From positions 14,717 through 78,716 of the forward strand of contig JBNPEI010000001.1 in NCBI GenBank assembly GCA_051117645.1: a stretch of 64,000 nt of DNA, read 5' to 3'. The DNA comes from Rhodospirillales bacterium (GTDB lineage: Bacteria; Pseudomonadota; Alphaproteobacteria; Rhodospirillales; Casp-alpha2). Shown here one piece after another: positions 9,291 to 20,690 of this stretch. The stretch's first letter is position 1, and every line of letters starts with the position of its first letter. Under the pieces are notes generated by a model. It worked only from the letters and a program-made list of their open reading frames with translations, did not search any database and was not told where the DNA came from. A program made the position numbers and the translations under genes.

Positions 9291-9710
9291 TTATACTTCA
9301 CTGTTGAAGCGTTCGATTTCGACGCCGACGCTATGCACGCCGTCGAAAACATCGAGCTTTTCAACACGCACGCGGGCCGAGCGCACGCGGACATCCGTCA
9401 GGCACATACCGGCGATGCGTTCGGCGATCGTTTCGACCAGCCCGACATGGCCTTCATCGAATATCCCCCGCACACCGGCGACGAGTTGCTCGTAACAGAC
9501 GACGTTGGCGAGATCGTCGTCCAGACCGCCCTCGCCCTCGCGCACCGCGAGGTCGAGATTGACGCGGACCCGCTGCGGCTGATCCTGCTCGTGCGCGTGC
9601 ACGCCGATCAGCGCCTTCAGGATCAGATCGCGAACGAAGACATGCCGGATCCGCTGGCGCGCGTCGGCGATTTTCAGCGGCTCCAGGACCTCTTTCGGTT
9701 CGATGCTCAT
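9291..9710 (-). CDS. folB: dihydroneopterin aldolase
   Basis: 139-aa ORF with a FolB-like core (IGVHAHEQDQPQRVRVNLDL...DDLANVVCYEQL...ETIAERIA). Confidence 0.75.
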   Translation of the reverse strand: MSIEPKEVLEPLKIADARQRIRHVFVRDLILKALIGVHAHEQDQPQRVRVNLDLAVREGEGGLDDDLANVVCYEQLVAGVRGIFDEGHVGLVETIAERIAGMCLTDVRVRSARVRVEKLDVFDGVHSVGVEIERFNSEV

Positions 9711-9726
9711 GTTCCGTTCCCGTCCT

Positions 9727-10482
9727 TCATTCCTTCGGCGCCGTTTCCGGCGTCTCGAACGCCCAGTTCATGTGCTGCCCGGCGTCGACAGCGATCATCT
9801 GCCCGGTCACCGACGGAGCGTCAAGGAGAAACGCGGCCGCAGCCGCAATCTCCGCGGGCTCCACCGCGTGCGCCAGCGGTGTCTGCTGCGCCTGACGTTC
9901 GAAGTCCGCGTCGCTTTGCCGGGTGCTGGGCAACACCGGCCCGGGCCCGATGGCATTGACCCGAACCCTGGGCGCCATCGCCCGCGCCAGCACCTGGGTC
10001 TGGTCCCAGAGCGCCATCTTCGAAAGCGTATAGCTGAGAAAATGGCGGCTCGGGTTCAACACCCGTTGATCGACCACGTTGACGACCGTGCCGGTCGCGT
10101 CTTCGGCCAACCGCCGCATCAACCCCTCTGCCAACAGATAGGGTGCGCGAACATGGATCGCCATATGCAGATCCCAGATTTCCCGGCCTTCGGTGTCGAG
10201 GCCATCGCGCTTGAAAACGGAAGCGTTGTTGATCACCGCGCTCAAACCGCCGAGCCCGTCCGCCGCATCGCCGGCCAGTCGCCGGACCGCGTCCTCGTCG
10301 GCGAGATCGGCGCCGAGCGCGAGTGCCGTCCGGCCCTGCGCCCGAATCGCTTCGGCCGCCGCTTCAGCGTCGTCCTTGGAACCGTTGTAGTGAATGGCGA
10401 CATCCCAGCCATCCGCCGCCAGGCGCTCGACAATCGCCTTGCCGATCCGCTTCGCGCCGCCCGTTACCAGGACCTTACGCAT
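9727..10482 (-). CDS. SDR-family oxidoreductase (pteridine-reductase-like context)
   Basis: 251-aa ORF with the N-terminal Rossmann motif VTGGAKRIGKAI, NNAS, and the YxxxK catalytic region (YTLSKMAL). It is adjacent to folB. Confidence 0.85.
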   Translation of the reverse strand: MRKVLVTGGAKRIGKAIVERLAADGWDVAIHYNGSKDDAEAAAEAIRAQGRTALALGADLADEDAVRRLAGDAADGLGGLSAVINNASVFKRDGLDTEGREIWDLHMAIHVRAPYLLAEGLMRRLAEDATGTVVNVVDQRVLNPSRHFLSYTLSKMALWDQTQVLARAMAPRVRVNAIGPGPVLPSTRQSDADFERQAQQTPLAHAVEPAEIAAAAAFLLDAPSVTGQMIAVDAGQHMNWAFETPETAPKE

Positions 10483-10494
10483 GGAATTTCTTTC

Positions 10495-11472
10495 TCAGAT
10501 TGACGCCAGCAGCCGCTCGACGCCGTAAGCCTGGGTCGCGACATACCCGAGATAAAGAACGAAAAATACGAACGCATACTTGCGGTCCAGTTTCATCCAG
10601 CCCAGCAGCACCGGCAGCAGCATCACCGTCGCCACCAGCATTATCCAGATATCGAAGTTCGCAACCTGGTCCGGCACCGGGATCGGTTTCACGGTGGCGA
10701 CGATACCGCCGACCAGCATCATGTTGAAGATGTTCGACCCGACGACGTTGCCGACCGCCACATCGGGATGTCCGCGATAGGCCGCGACGACCGACGCCGC
10801 CAGTTCCGGCAGCGAGGTCCCGAATGCGAACAGCGTCAGGCCGATCACTTCCTCGGAAACGCCGAACGAGCGGGCGATCTCGGAACCGCCCTTGACCAGC
10901 ATGTCGGCGCCGAAGGCAAGACCGGCAATCCCCAGAACCGTCGCCACCAACGCCAGCGGCACGTTCTTGGGCATGCCTTTTTCAAGCTCCTCGATCTCTT
11001 CGAGGTGCTCCTTCTGCATTTCCGGATCGGCCTTCTCGCGGAAGTACGAGAAACCGAGGAACGTGCCGAAGACGATGAGGAGTGCGATGCCGGCGATCAG
11101 GCTGAGCTCTCCCTGGAGACAGAACCACGTGAACAACAGGGAACCGCCCATCAGCAGGATGACGTCGCGTTTCATGGCGTCCGGCTTGGCGAGGATCGGC
11201 GTTACCAGGCACGCCGCGCCCATGATCAACCAGACGTTGGCGATGTTGGACCCGACAATGTTGCCGATGGCGAGGCCGGTCGATCCGGCAAGGGCCGCCT
11301 GCAGACTGACCATGAGTTCCGGCGCCGAGGTGCCGAAAGCAACGACGGTCATGCCGATGACCATCGGCGATACGCCGATCTTTTCTGCCAGGATGACGGC
11401 GCCGCGCACCATGATCTCGGCGGCGGCAACAAGAATGATGAACCCGCCGACAACCTGCAGATACATGACCAT
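10495..11472 (-). CDS. Ca2+/Na+ antiporter, CaCA (YrbG-like) family
   Basis: 325-aa polytopic membrane ORF with duplicated alpha-repeat motifs (GTSAPEL...GNIVGSNI and GTSLPEL...GNVVGSNI). Confidence 0.85.
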   Translation of the reverse strand: MVMYLQVVGGFIILVAAAEIMVRGAVILAEKIGVSPMVIGMTVVAFGTSAPELMVSLQAALAGSTGLAIGNIVGSNIANVWLIMGAACLVTPILAKPDAMKRDVILLMGGSLLFTWFCLQGELSLIAGIALLIVFGTFLGFSYFREKADPEMQKEHLEEIEELEKGMPKNVPLALVATVLGIAGLAFGADMLVKGGSEIARSFGVSEEVIGLTLFAFGTSLPELAASVVAAYRGHPDVAVGNVVGSNIFNMMLVGGIVATVKPIPVPDQVANFDIWIMLVATVMLLPVLLGWMKLDRKYAFVFFVLYLGYVATQAYGVERLLASI

Positions 11473-11477
11473 CTAGA

Positions 11478-12029
11478 CTATCCCCTCGTCCCCTTCCAAC
11501 CGCCTGCGACCGGTTGGAAAGCGGTTACAATAGCCTCGTAGACATGGCGTTTAAAGGGAACAATCAGGCCCGGAACGCGAATGAGGGGGACCCAGTCCCA
11601 TTGCTGAAACTCGGGCTCACCATGATGCGTGAGATCGATCTCGTCGACGTCGCCAGTGAAGCCGTACGCGTACCATTTCTGCGCCTGCCCCCGGTAATTC
11701 CTGAATCTTTTGCCGAGAATCTCCGGCGGAAAATCGTACGCCAGCCAGCCGTCGGTTTCGGCGAGCAGGATCACCGAGCGGATTCCCGTTTCCTCCTCGA
11801 GTTCACGGCGCGCTGCCCGTTCCGGGTCTTCACCCTTGTCGAGCCCGCCCTGCGGCATCTGCCAGGCAAAGTCGCCGTCCGGATCCTGATCGACGCGGCA
11901 ACCCAGGAAAACATGACCATCGCCGTTGAAAACAGCAGCGCCCGCGCACGGACGATATCCCTCCGGCAGGTCGTCGTAAGCGTTCATATGCTGCGCGACG
12001 GTCTCACTCTGCGCCCGGCTGGACGGCAA
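11478..12029 (-). CDS. rppH: RNA pyrophosphohydrolase (Nudix)
   Basis: 183-aa ORF with the Nudix box GGLDKGEDPERAARRELEEETGI and RppH-like flanks (WQMPQGG, QKWYA). Confidence 0.85.
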   Translation of the reverse strand: MPSSRAQSETVAQHMNAYDDLPEGYRPCAGAAVFNGDGHVFLGCRVDQDPDGDFAWQMPQGGLDKGEDPERAARRELEEETGIRSVILLAETDGWLAYDFPPEILGKRFRNYRGQAQKWYAYGFTGDVDEIDLTHHGEPEFQQWDWVPLIRVPGLIVPFKRHVYEAIVTAFQPVAGGWKGTRG

Positions 12030-13689
12030 TCGCCGAGGCCGGCACGAGGGCGATCCCCTTGTCCTCGATGGTCGCGTACCAGTCGAGAATACTCTTGATC
12101 GTCACCGGATAGGGGCGCGCCATCGCCACCACGGATCCACGATCGCGGGCAAGGCTTTCGAGCCGGTCGAGGTTGGTCCTGATCTGCTGAATACGCGGCG
12201 TGTCGTCGATATACATCTCGCTTTCCAGATGGACGAGTTGCATTTCCTTGGCGATCGGCGCGGCGTCGTTGCGCGTGCGGTTGCCGCCGATCACGAACAT
12301 CACACCCCGCTCGTTGAAAGTCTTGAACAACTGCCGCATCTGCGTTTCCGCCTTCATGAAACGCGAGCCCATGAACGTCACGAGGCCGACGTAACCGCCG
12401 GCGCTGGCCATCACCGTCTCGAGCCGGCGCTGGTTCTCGGTCAACTGAATCCGTGTATCGAGTGCCAGCGGCCCCGCATCCTCGAGCGGGAAGTCGTCGC
12501 TTTCCATCGGCAACTGCATGAACACCTCGTGCCCGGCAAGGCGGGAGCGGAACACCCAGTCATTGAGATCACGGCCGTACGGGCTGATCGCCATGCTGAT
12601 TTCCGGCGGCAGTTTGTTGACGGCACCCAGCGACGCCTGCCGGCTGAGGCCGATACCCTCGATGATAAGCGCGACCTTGGGCGCGCTTATGCCCGGGTCG
12701 GAGGGACGGGCATAGACCTGCCACGGCCGGCTGCCGTTACTGGCGATCTTGGGCAGCTCGCCGATACCATCCTTTTCCTCAAGCATGCCACGCACCGGCG
12801 CCCCCGAGAGCGCCTGGCTCTGATCCGCCGCCGTCGACTGATCGGCGATCTTGGCCATCGCCGCATTGGCGACCGCCGGCACCACGAGGCCGCCGCCCGC
12901 CGAACTCGTGCCGCCGAGGGAATTGAGCGTATTCAGGGAATTGAGCCCGCCCGACGGGGCCTGCGACGTACCGGTATCCGGCGCGAACGTGGTGCCGCCC
13001 GTCGTATCCGCAGGGGCCGCCGCATCGGCTGCTGGCGTTTCCGATGCCGGCGTGGGTTCGGGGGCAGCACCCTCCGGCGACGCCGCCGGCACGGTTGCCG
13101 CGTTGTTCAGGCTGTTCATGCCCGTGTCCCCGGCATTCAAGCTGCCGGGCGCGGCGGGCATCTCCATGGCGACACTGTTGGGCGAACTTGCCGAAACCGC
13201 CGCTTCCGGCGCCGTCCCGGGGTCGGAAAAGAACCACCAGCCGACGCCACCCAGGATACTGATCAGAAGAACGCCGAACCCGACCGCAGCAAAGATGAGC
13301 GCCTTTTGCCGGTCCGAAGCCTCGTCTTCGTCCTCATCGTCATCGAAATCTATGTCATCGTCGAACTCATCGACTTCGTCGTCGAACGGGTTGTCGAGTT
13401 CGTCACCGACACCGACCATCTCCTCGTCATCTTCCCCATCGTCACCCTCGTCATCTCCGGCACCGTCCTGGGCCGGCGCGCCTTCGGCCTCCTGCTCTTC
13501 ATCCTCATCTTCGTGGGGAGACTCGACCTCGCGGGCGCGCGACGAACCCAACGCCTCCTCGAGTTCGTCGTCGAAGTCGTCCTCGATCTCGGCGATGTCA
13601 AAATCATCCTCGTCGAAGTCGTCCTCGTCTTCGTCCTTTTTCTTGCCGAATATCTTCGGGAACTTCACAACGTCCTCCAGAAACGGCAA
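12004..13689 (-). CDS. divergent polysaccharide deacetylase (YibQ/DUF610-like) with long poly-acidic N-terminal tail
   Basis: 561-aa ORF. Its first ~130 residues are an Asp/Glu-rich low-complexity region, followed by one TM helix and an Ala/Pro/Ser/Thr-rich low-complexity linker. The C-terminal domain (VALIIEGIGLS...ISPYG...HEVFMQLPME...) resembles the YibQ family. Confidence 0.75.
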   Translation of the reverse strand: MPFLEDVVKFPKIFGKKKDEDEDDFDEDDFDIAEIEDDFDDELEEALGSSRAREVESPHEDEDEEQEAEGAPAQDGAGDDEGDDGEDDEEMVGVGDELDNPFDDEVDEFDDDIDFDDDEDEDEASDRQKALIFAAVGFGVLLISILGGVGWWFFSDPGTAPEAAVSASSPNSVAMEMPAAPGSLNAGDTGMNSLNNAATVPAASPEGAAPEPTPASETPAADAAAPADTTGGTTFAPDTGTSQAPSGGLNSLNTLNSLGGTSSAGGGLVVPAVANAAMAKIADQSTAADQSQALSGAPVRGMLEEKDGIGELPKIASNGSRPWQVYARPSDPGISAPKVALIIEGIGLSRQASLGAVNKLPPEISMAISPYGRDLNDWVFRSRLAGHEVFMQLPMESDDFPLEDAGPLALDTRIQLTENQRRLETVMASAGGYVGLVTFMGSRFMKAETQMRQLFKTFNERGVMFVIGGNRTRNDAAPIAKEMQLVHLESEMYIDDTPRIQQIRTNLDRLESLARDRGSVVAMARPYPVTIKSILDWYATIEDKGIALVPASAIAVQPGAE

Positions 13690-13749
13690 CGGCCAGCGTC
13701 ACCCGCCGGCCGCGCCTTGATCATTCGGGCCGCGTCCGCCGGCGCGGGA

Positions 13750-15072
13750 TCATTTCGCGGCGGCGTTCTGCGACATGATGGCGAGCCCCCGGATCAGGTC
13801 CAGCGCGCGGGCGAGCTGGTAATCCTGTGCCGTGGTCTCGGCATCACCTTCCTTGGCGTCACCATCCTCCGGCGTTTTCTCCGGATCGGCGCCTTCCTTC
13901 TTCTCGCCGGCATCGAGGGCACCGCGCAAATCCGCCTCGCTACGGCGCGGGCGATTGCTCTCGATTTCCTCGTACTTGGCGGGTTTCACCTCGATATCCG
14001 GATCGACGCCCTTGGCCTGGATGGAACGGCCGGACGGCGTGTAATAACGCGCCGTCGTCAGGCGCATCGCGCCGCTACCGGAAAGAGGCATGATGGTCTG
14101 CACAGATCCCTTGCCGAACGATTTGGTGCCGAGCACCACGGCACGGCGGTGGTCCTGAAGCGCACCGGCGACGATTTCGGAAGCGGACGCCGAACCGCCG
14201 TTGATCAGGACGGCCACCGGCAGGCCACCGGCCATGTCGCCCTCGCGGGCGTTGAAACGCTGCGTATCCTCCGGCTTGCGCGACCGGGTTGAGACGATTT
14301 CACCGCGGTCGAGGAACGCGTCAGATACCGCGATCGCCTGGTCCAGCAAACCGCCCGGGTTATTGCGAAGATCCAGCACGTACCCCTGGATATCCTCGCC
14401 GATCTCGTCCTTCAGCTTCTTGAACGCGCGCTCGAGACCCTTGTCCGTCTGTTCGTTGAACGACGTGATACGGATATAACCGACTTTTCCTTCGGCGCGT
14501 GAACGCACCGACGTGATCTTGATGACCGAGCGCGTAATCGTGACATCGAACGGTTCGCGTCCCTCGCGCACGACCGTCAGCCGGATATCGCTACCGACCT
14601 TGCCGCGCATCCTGTCGACCGCCTGCGCCAGGGTCAGCCCCTGCACAGATTCACCGTCGAGATGCGAGATCAGGTCACCGGACTCGATACCGGCACGGAA
14701 CGCCGGCGTATCGTCGATCGGCGAGATCACCTTTACGAACCCGGCCTCCATGGTCACCTGGATACCGAGCCCGCCGAATTCGCCGCGGGTGTTAACCTGC
14801 ATTTCCTTGTAGTTCTTGGCGTTCAGGAAACTCGAATGCGGATCCAGCGCGGCGAGCATGCCGGTGATCGCGGCTTCGATCATTTCCTCTTCGCTCGGCG
14901 GCTCGACGTACTCGGCCCGGACGCGTTCGAAGACGTCGCCGAACAGCGCCAGCAGGCGGTACGTTTCTTCGTCGTTCTTCTTCGCGTCGACGGCTTGCGC
15001 GGGCACCGACCAGGCGAACACGCCGAGCGCGAGGACCGCGGCACCGAGCGTGGTAATCATCCGATTTTTCAT
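13750..15072 (-). CDS. ctpA: carboxy-terminal processing protease (S41 family)
   Basis: 440-aa ORF with a signal peptide, a PDZ region (GGLGIQV...PAFRAGIESGDLI) and S41 catalytic motifs (GGSASASEI, TKSFGKGSVQ). Confidence 0.9.
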   Translation of the reverse strand: MKNRMITTLGAAVLALGVFAWSVPAQAVDAKKNDEETYRLLALFGDVFERVRAEYVEPPSEEEMIEAAITGMLAALDPHSSFLNAKNYKEMQVNTRGEFGGLGIQVTMEAGFVKVISPIDDTPAFRAGIESGDLISHLDGESVQGLTLAQAVDRMRGKVGSDIRLTVVREGREPFDVTITRSVIKITSVRSRAEGKVGYIRITSFNEQTDKGLERAFKKLKDEIGEDIQGYVLDLRNNPGGLLDQAIAVSDAFLDRGEIVSTRSRKPEDTQRFNAREGDMAGGLPVAVLINGGSASASEIVAGALQDHRRAVVLGTKSFGKGSVQTIMPLSGSGAMRLTTARYYTPSGRSIQAKGVDPDIEVKPAKYEEIESNRPRRSEADLRGALDAGEKKEGADPEKTPEDGDAKEGDAETTAQDYQLARALDLIRGLAIMSQNAAAK

Positions 15073-16287
15073 CCATTCACCTCATTTTTGCGTGCCGCCA
15101 ACCACGGCTGCGGGTTTATCGGCTGGCCGTCGCGACGCAATTCCACATATAAAACTGGCTGGCCGTTTTCGCTTGGTTCCATGATCCCGACGGGCTCTCC
15201 GGCCAGTACTCTGTGACCCTGTTCGACATCGATCCGGTTCAACCCGGCAAGCAAGCTATGATATCCCTCGCCGTGTTCGATGATCAAGAGAAGCCCATAG
15301 CCCCGGAACTTGCCGGCATAGACCACGGTTCCGTCGTAGGTCGCCGTGACCTGGGCGCCGGGCGGGGTCGCGATGGTCATCCCCTTGCGGCTGAGGCCGC
15401 CGTCGGTCTTTTCGCCGTAACGGCCTGAAATCCTGCCCGAAACGGGCAACGCAAGGGAACCGCGCGCCTTGCTGATCGGCTTCAGGGGCAGCACTTGGTC
15501 GTGGCCGGCATCCTTTTTCGCCGTCTTCGGCGTTTCCTTTTTCGCCCGCTCGCGCTCGCGCTCAATTCCCTTCAAAAGTTCGCGAAGTGTCTTGGCCTTG
15601 CCCGCCAACTCGGCGATTCGACGCTCCGCCGCCGTCGCCTCCTTGTCAGCGCGGCGCTTCAGCACCTTCTTGCGCGACATCAGCGCGCCCAGCCGGCGCC
15701 GCTCGCGATCCAGCAACTCGGTGGTTTCCTCGAGGGTCTTCTCGCGCGACGCGATCTCCGCCCGCGCCTTGACGAGGAAATCCAGTTCTTCGCGCAGTTG
15801 CCTCGCCTGTTTGTCGATCTCGCTAACCGTGGAGCGGAGCAGGATCGCGGTGCGGACCGTATCGGCCGGCTTCACCGGTTGTGCGATCAGGGCCTCGGGC
15901 GGGAACTGCGCAATCCGCTGCATGGCGGCGAGCACACGGCCGAACCTGGCGCGGCCTTCGCGGAGATCGGCGGTCTTGCGGTCTAGCAATCGTTCGAGGG
16001 CCTGCAACCGGGTCCTGAGCGCCTGTACCTGTGTTTCGTGGCGCTGCACGGCGCGTGCGGTCGTGACCAGCTCCTGCTGCAGGCTCTCGATGTCGCGCGC
16101 CATGATCTCGGCACGCGCGCGCGCCTTGTCGGCGGTGGATTTTTCCTCATCGATACGTTCTTCGATCTGTTTCAGATTCTGCTTTGCGCTGGATGCATTC
16201 TCCTGCGCGAATGCGGACGGCGCAGTCAGACACAGGACCGCCGCCCCCAGCACCAAGGCCGGGAACGGACAACGGTATGCGTGTAGC

Positions 16288-16304
<17 letters not shown>
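15069..16304 (-). CDS. murein hydrolase activator EnvC-like / M23 peptidase family protein
   Basis: 411-aa ORF with a signal peptide, a long coiled coil and a C-terminal LytM/M23 domain (GYGLLLIIEHGEGYHSLLAGL). It overlaps ctpA by 4 nt. Confidence 0.8.
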
Positions 16305-17865
<1,561 letters not shown>

Positions 17866-17938
17866 ATCCGTTTCGAATCCTGATCCGGGGTCCAGTATAT
17901 CTCAAAGTTTCCGGGCCTTATATATAGGTCTCAATCGC

Positions 17939-18370
17939 TTAACCACCATCCGCCGTGTAGCCTGCGGCGGCGATCCCGGCTTTGGCGGCGGCCTCGTCGT
18001 TATCGGAATTGTCGCCGGTGATACCGACCGCGCCGATGATGGCACCGTCCGTGTTCTTGATCAGCACGCCGCCCGGCACCGGCACCAGCGAGCCGCCGGC
18101 CAACTCGTTCATGGCCTGGATGAAGAACGGCTCCGTCTTGGCGCGCTCGAACAGCGCCCGCGAGCCGAGCCCCATGGCCAGCGCCCCGTTCGCCTTGCCG
18201 ATGGCGATGTCGGGCCGCATGTTCGAGGCCCCGTCCTCGCGCTCCAGCGCCTTGATGTTGCCGGCGGCGTCGAGGACGGCGACGGTCAGCGGCTTCAGGC
18301 CCATTTCCCGGCCTTCGGCACGGGCGGCGGCAACGATGTCACGCGCCGCATCCAGGGTCAGTACTGTCAC
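17939..18370 (-). CDS. GlcG/HbpS-family (DUF336) protein
   Basis: 143-aa ORF of DUF336-like sequence character (VAVLDAAGN...A.GKA..A......PGG...GAIGVSG...D...A). Confidence 0.7.
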   Translation of the reverse strand: MTVLTLDAARDIVAAARAEGREMGLKPLTVAVLDAAGNIKALEREDGASNMRPDIAIGKANGALAMGLGSRALFERAKTEPFFIQAMNELAGGSLVPVPGGVLIKNTDGAIIGAVGITGDNSDNDEAAAKAGIAAAGYTADGG

Positions 18371-18452
18371 GGATGTTCTCCTGCAAATCGTCCGAATTCG
18401 GTGCCGCGCAACCTAGCACCGGGTCCCGTGGGGGAAAAGACGAACGTCGCGG

Positions 18453-18908
18453 TCAGTCGCGGTGGTAGGGATGGCCGGCGAGGATCGACTGCGCCCTGTA
18501 GACCTGTTCGGCCAGCATGGCGCGGACCAGCATGTGCGGCCAGGTCTGCGGCCCGAAGCCGAGGATCATCTCGGCGCGTGTCCGCAGGCTTTCGTCCAGG
18601 CCGTCCGCACCGCCGATAATAAAAGTGACATCGCGCCCGCCGTCGCGCAGACCGCCCAGTTTTTCCGCGAATTTCCGACTGGCAAGCGGTTTTCCCCGCT
18701 CGTCCAGCGCAATCAGAAAGGCGCCCTCGGGGATTTTCGCCACGATCAGTTCGGCTTCCCGTGCCTTCAGTTCGGCACCGGAAAGGGGTCTCTTTTCCTC
18801 GACCTCGACCAGGTCGAGCGCGGGATTCAGACGCTTTTGATATGAGTTGAAGAGTTCCTGCTCCGGGCCGCGCTTGGCACGCCCGACCGCGATCAGTGTC
18901 AACCGCAC
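18453..18908 (-). CDS. rlmH: 23S rRNA (pseudouridine1915-N3)-methyltransferase
   Basis: 151-aa SPOUT-type ORF (IIGGADGL...LSFG..T.PH...R..L.EQ.YRA..I..GHPYHR), located downstream of rsfS. Confidence 0.9.
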   Translation of the reverse strand: MRLTLIAVGRAKRGPEQELFNSYQKRLNPALDLVEVEEKRPLSGAELKAREAELIVAKIPEGAFLIALDERGKPLASRKFAEKLGGLRDGGRDVTFIIGGADGLDESLRTRAEMILGFGPQTWPHMLVRAMLAEQVYRAQSILAGHPYHRD

Positions 18909-19008
18909 GTCGACATTCCTTTTTACGCGGCAGCGGTCACCGCGCCGCTACATTTTCGCCCGAATGCTCAGCCAGGCCGCCTCTCGGGCGGAACCGGCGG
19001 ACCGTCTC

Positions 19009-19440
19009 TCAGGCGATCGTTCCCGACACCTGCTGCGCGCCCACGGTCGAGCCCGCGACCACGTCAGGCACCGTCCAGAGTTTTTCCAGGCCATAAAAGT
19101 CGCGCACCTCCGGCCGGAACAGGTGAACCAGCACGTCACCGGCATCGATCAGCACCCAGTCTCCCTGACCGGCGCCTTCGACGGCGACGTCCTTCAAGCC
19201 TGCTTCCTTGATTTTCTGACAGAGATGCTCGGCCATGGCGCCGACTTGTCGGCTGGATTGACCGGAGGCAATGACCATGTAGTCCGCGATTTGGGTCTTG
19301 CCGGCGAGGTCGATGACAACAACGTCCTGCGCCTTGTCATCATCGAGAGAGGTTTCCACCAGCGTCCGGAGAGCATCCCCAGACGGGCGAAGCTTGCGTT
19401 TGTTTGGTATTGGTACAGTCCTTTCCACCAGGTTGCACAT
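19009..19440 (-). CDS. rsfS: ribosome silencing factor
   Basis: RsfS core (LDDDKAQDVVVIDLAGKTQIADYMVIASG.S.RQV.A..E..., WVLIDAGDVLVHLF). I chose the internal ATG at 19440 because the track ORF start (19608) adds ~56 unrelated residues. Confidence 0.8.
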   Translation of the reverse strand: MCNLVERTVPIPNKRKLRPSGDALRTLVETSLDDDKAQDVVVIDLAGKTQIADYMVIASGQSSRQVGAMAEHLCQKIKEAGLKDVAVEGAGQGDWVLIDAGDVLVHLFRPEVRDFYGLEKLWTVPDVVAGSTVGAQQVSGTIA

Positions 19441-19490
19441 ATGCGTTCCTGCCCAAGTTAGGAACGCGTCCGATTTTCGGCAAGGCCGGG

Positions 19491-20063
19491 TCAAAACCCG
19501 CCCTCGGCCCGGATCCGGGTTGCTGACAAGGGATGTTCGCGGATTCTCAGGAACACCCAGGCCGGCAAATCCGCATCCACCAGGCGTCTCGCCGCTTCTT
19601 GGGGCCATCGGTCCCCAGCGAAACGCCGGGCTGCTACACTAGATGTAGCCCTTGAAGAATATCCCGGACGTCCAAATACTGCAACGGGGACATTTTGAAA
19701 AATTCGTGTCCAGTCGCGCCAGCGATGGATCTGCAACAGGTTGTCGGCGCCCATCAGCCACACGAACCTGTGCCGGCCCTGGATGTCCGCCAGTCTGCTC
19801 AATGTGTCGGCGGTATACTGCGTGCCGAGTTGCGTTTCGGCGTCGGAAACGTGAATACGCGGGTTCGCCGCCGCGACTTTCTCGGCGGCGTCCAACCTGC
19901 GCTCGTAGCCCGCCATGCCGTTCGTGTCCTTGAGCGGGTTCTGCGGCGAAACCAGCCACCACACCTCGTCCAGCGCCAGCAACTTCAAGGCCTGCTCACT
20001 TATATATAGGTGCCCGTCGTGGGCCGGATTGAACGACCCCCCGAGCAGACCGACGCGGCGCAA
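19491..20063 (-). CDS. nadD: nicotinate-nucleotide adenylyltransferase
   Basis: 190-aa ORF with GGSFNP.H.GH at the N-terminus and a SAT.IR motif near the C-terminus. Confidence 0.85.
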   Translation of the reverse strand: MRRVGLLGGSFNPAHDGHLYISEQALKLLALDEVWWLVSPQNPLKDTNGMAGYERRLDAAEKVAAANPRIHVSDAETQLGTQYTADTLSRLADIQGRHRFVWLMGADNLLQIHRWRDWTRIFQNVPVAVFGRPGYSSRATSSVAARRFAGDRWPQEAARRLVDADLPAWVFLRIREHPLSATRIRAEGGF

Positions 20064-20081
20064 GAGCCCTGACAGGGGAGG

Positions 20082-20564
20082 TTACTCCGCCGCGTCCCGG
20101 CGGGCCTCGGGCATCTCGCCCCGGATCACGTAGGCGAGCGCGGCGACCACTTCCTCCGGTTCGCGGGCGACACCGTTGGCGGCGCCGTCGACTTCCTTCA
20201 GCGCATGGTCGTGCTCGGCCGGGTGCAGGGTGATGTAGGGGATGCCCATCGCCGCGGCATAACCCGCGTCGAACGCCGCATTCCACTGCTTGTACTTCTC
20301 GCCGAAGCGGATGATGGCGATGTCCGAATTCTTGAGCAGGTTCTGGGTGCGGATCGCGTTCAACTGCGCGCCCTTGCGGTCGTGCCAGAACTTGTCGGCC
20401 TCGGGCCCGAACACGGCGACGCCGCAGTCGTCGGAGTCTTCGTGAACGGTGACCGGCGACACCAGTTCCACCGGCAGCCCCGCGACCTTCACACCTTCTG
20501 TGATGCGCTCGCGCCAGTCGCTGTGGATCTCGCCGGAAAGATATACGGTCCAGGTTGCGGTCAT
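20082..20564 (-). CDS. YtoQ-family protein
   Basis: 160-aa ORF (VYLSGEIHSDWRE...KYKQWNAAFDAGYAAA) that resembles the YtoQ family as I remember it. Confidence 0.65.
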   Translation of the reverse strand: MTATWTVYLSGEIHSDWRERITEGVKVAGLPVELVSPVTVHEDSDDCGVAVFGPEADKFWHDRKGAQLNAIRTQNLLKNSDIAIIRFGEKYKQWNAAFDAGYAAAMGIPYITLHPAEHDHALKEVDGAANGVAREPEEVVAALAYVIRGEMPEARRDAAE

Positions 20565-20690
20565 GGTGTCCTCCTCTAAGTTCCTTGTTCCCCGTCCTTC
20601 GAGACGGGCTCGCCCTCCTCAGGACGAGGTTAAACGCTCAGCCTCATCTTGAGGAGCCGCTCAAGCGGCGTCTCGAAAGACCGGCACAAA

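Noticed and set aside
12229-14292. 687-aa plus-strand ORF. Similar long plus-strand ORFs occur at 15469-16875, 9333-10503, 5434-6570 and 16915-17883.
   Set aside because: All are antisense to well-supported minus-strand genes (yibQ-like/ctpA, envC-like/gpmI, folB/SDR, mobB/pgsA). Their composition is the Arg/Pro/Gly-rich pattern expected from GC-rich non-coding frames.
19441-19608. N-terminal extension of rsfS in the ORF track, and likewise of rplU (25062-25211).
   Set aside because: The extensions do not resemble the conserved protein families. Internal ATGs reproduce the canonical N-termini ([14 protein letters not shown] for L21).
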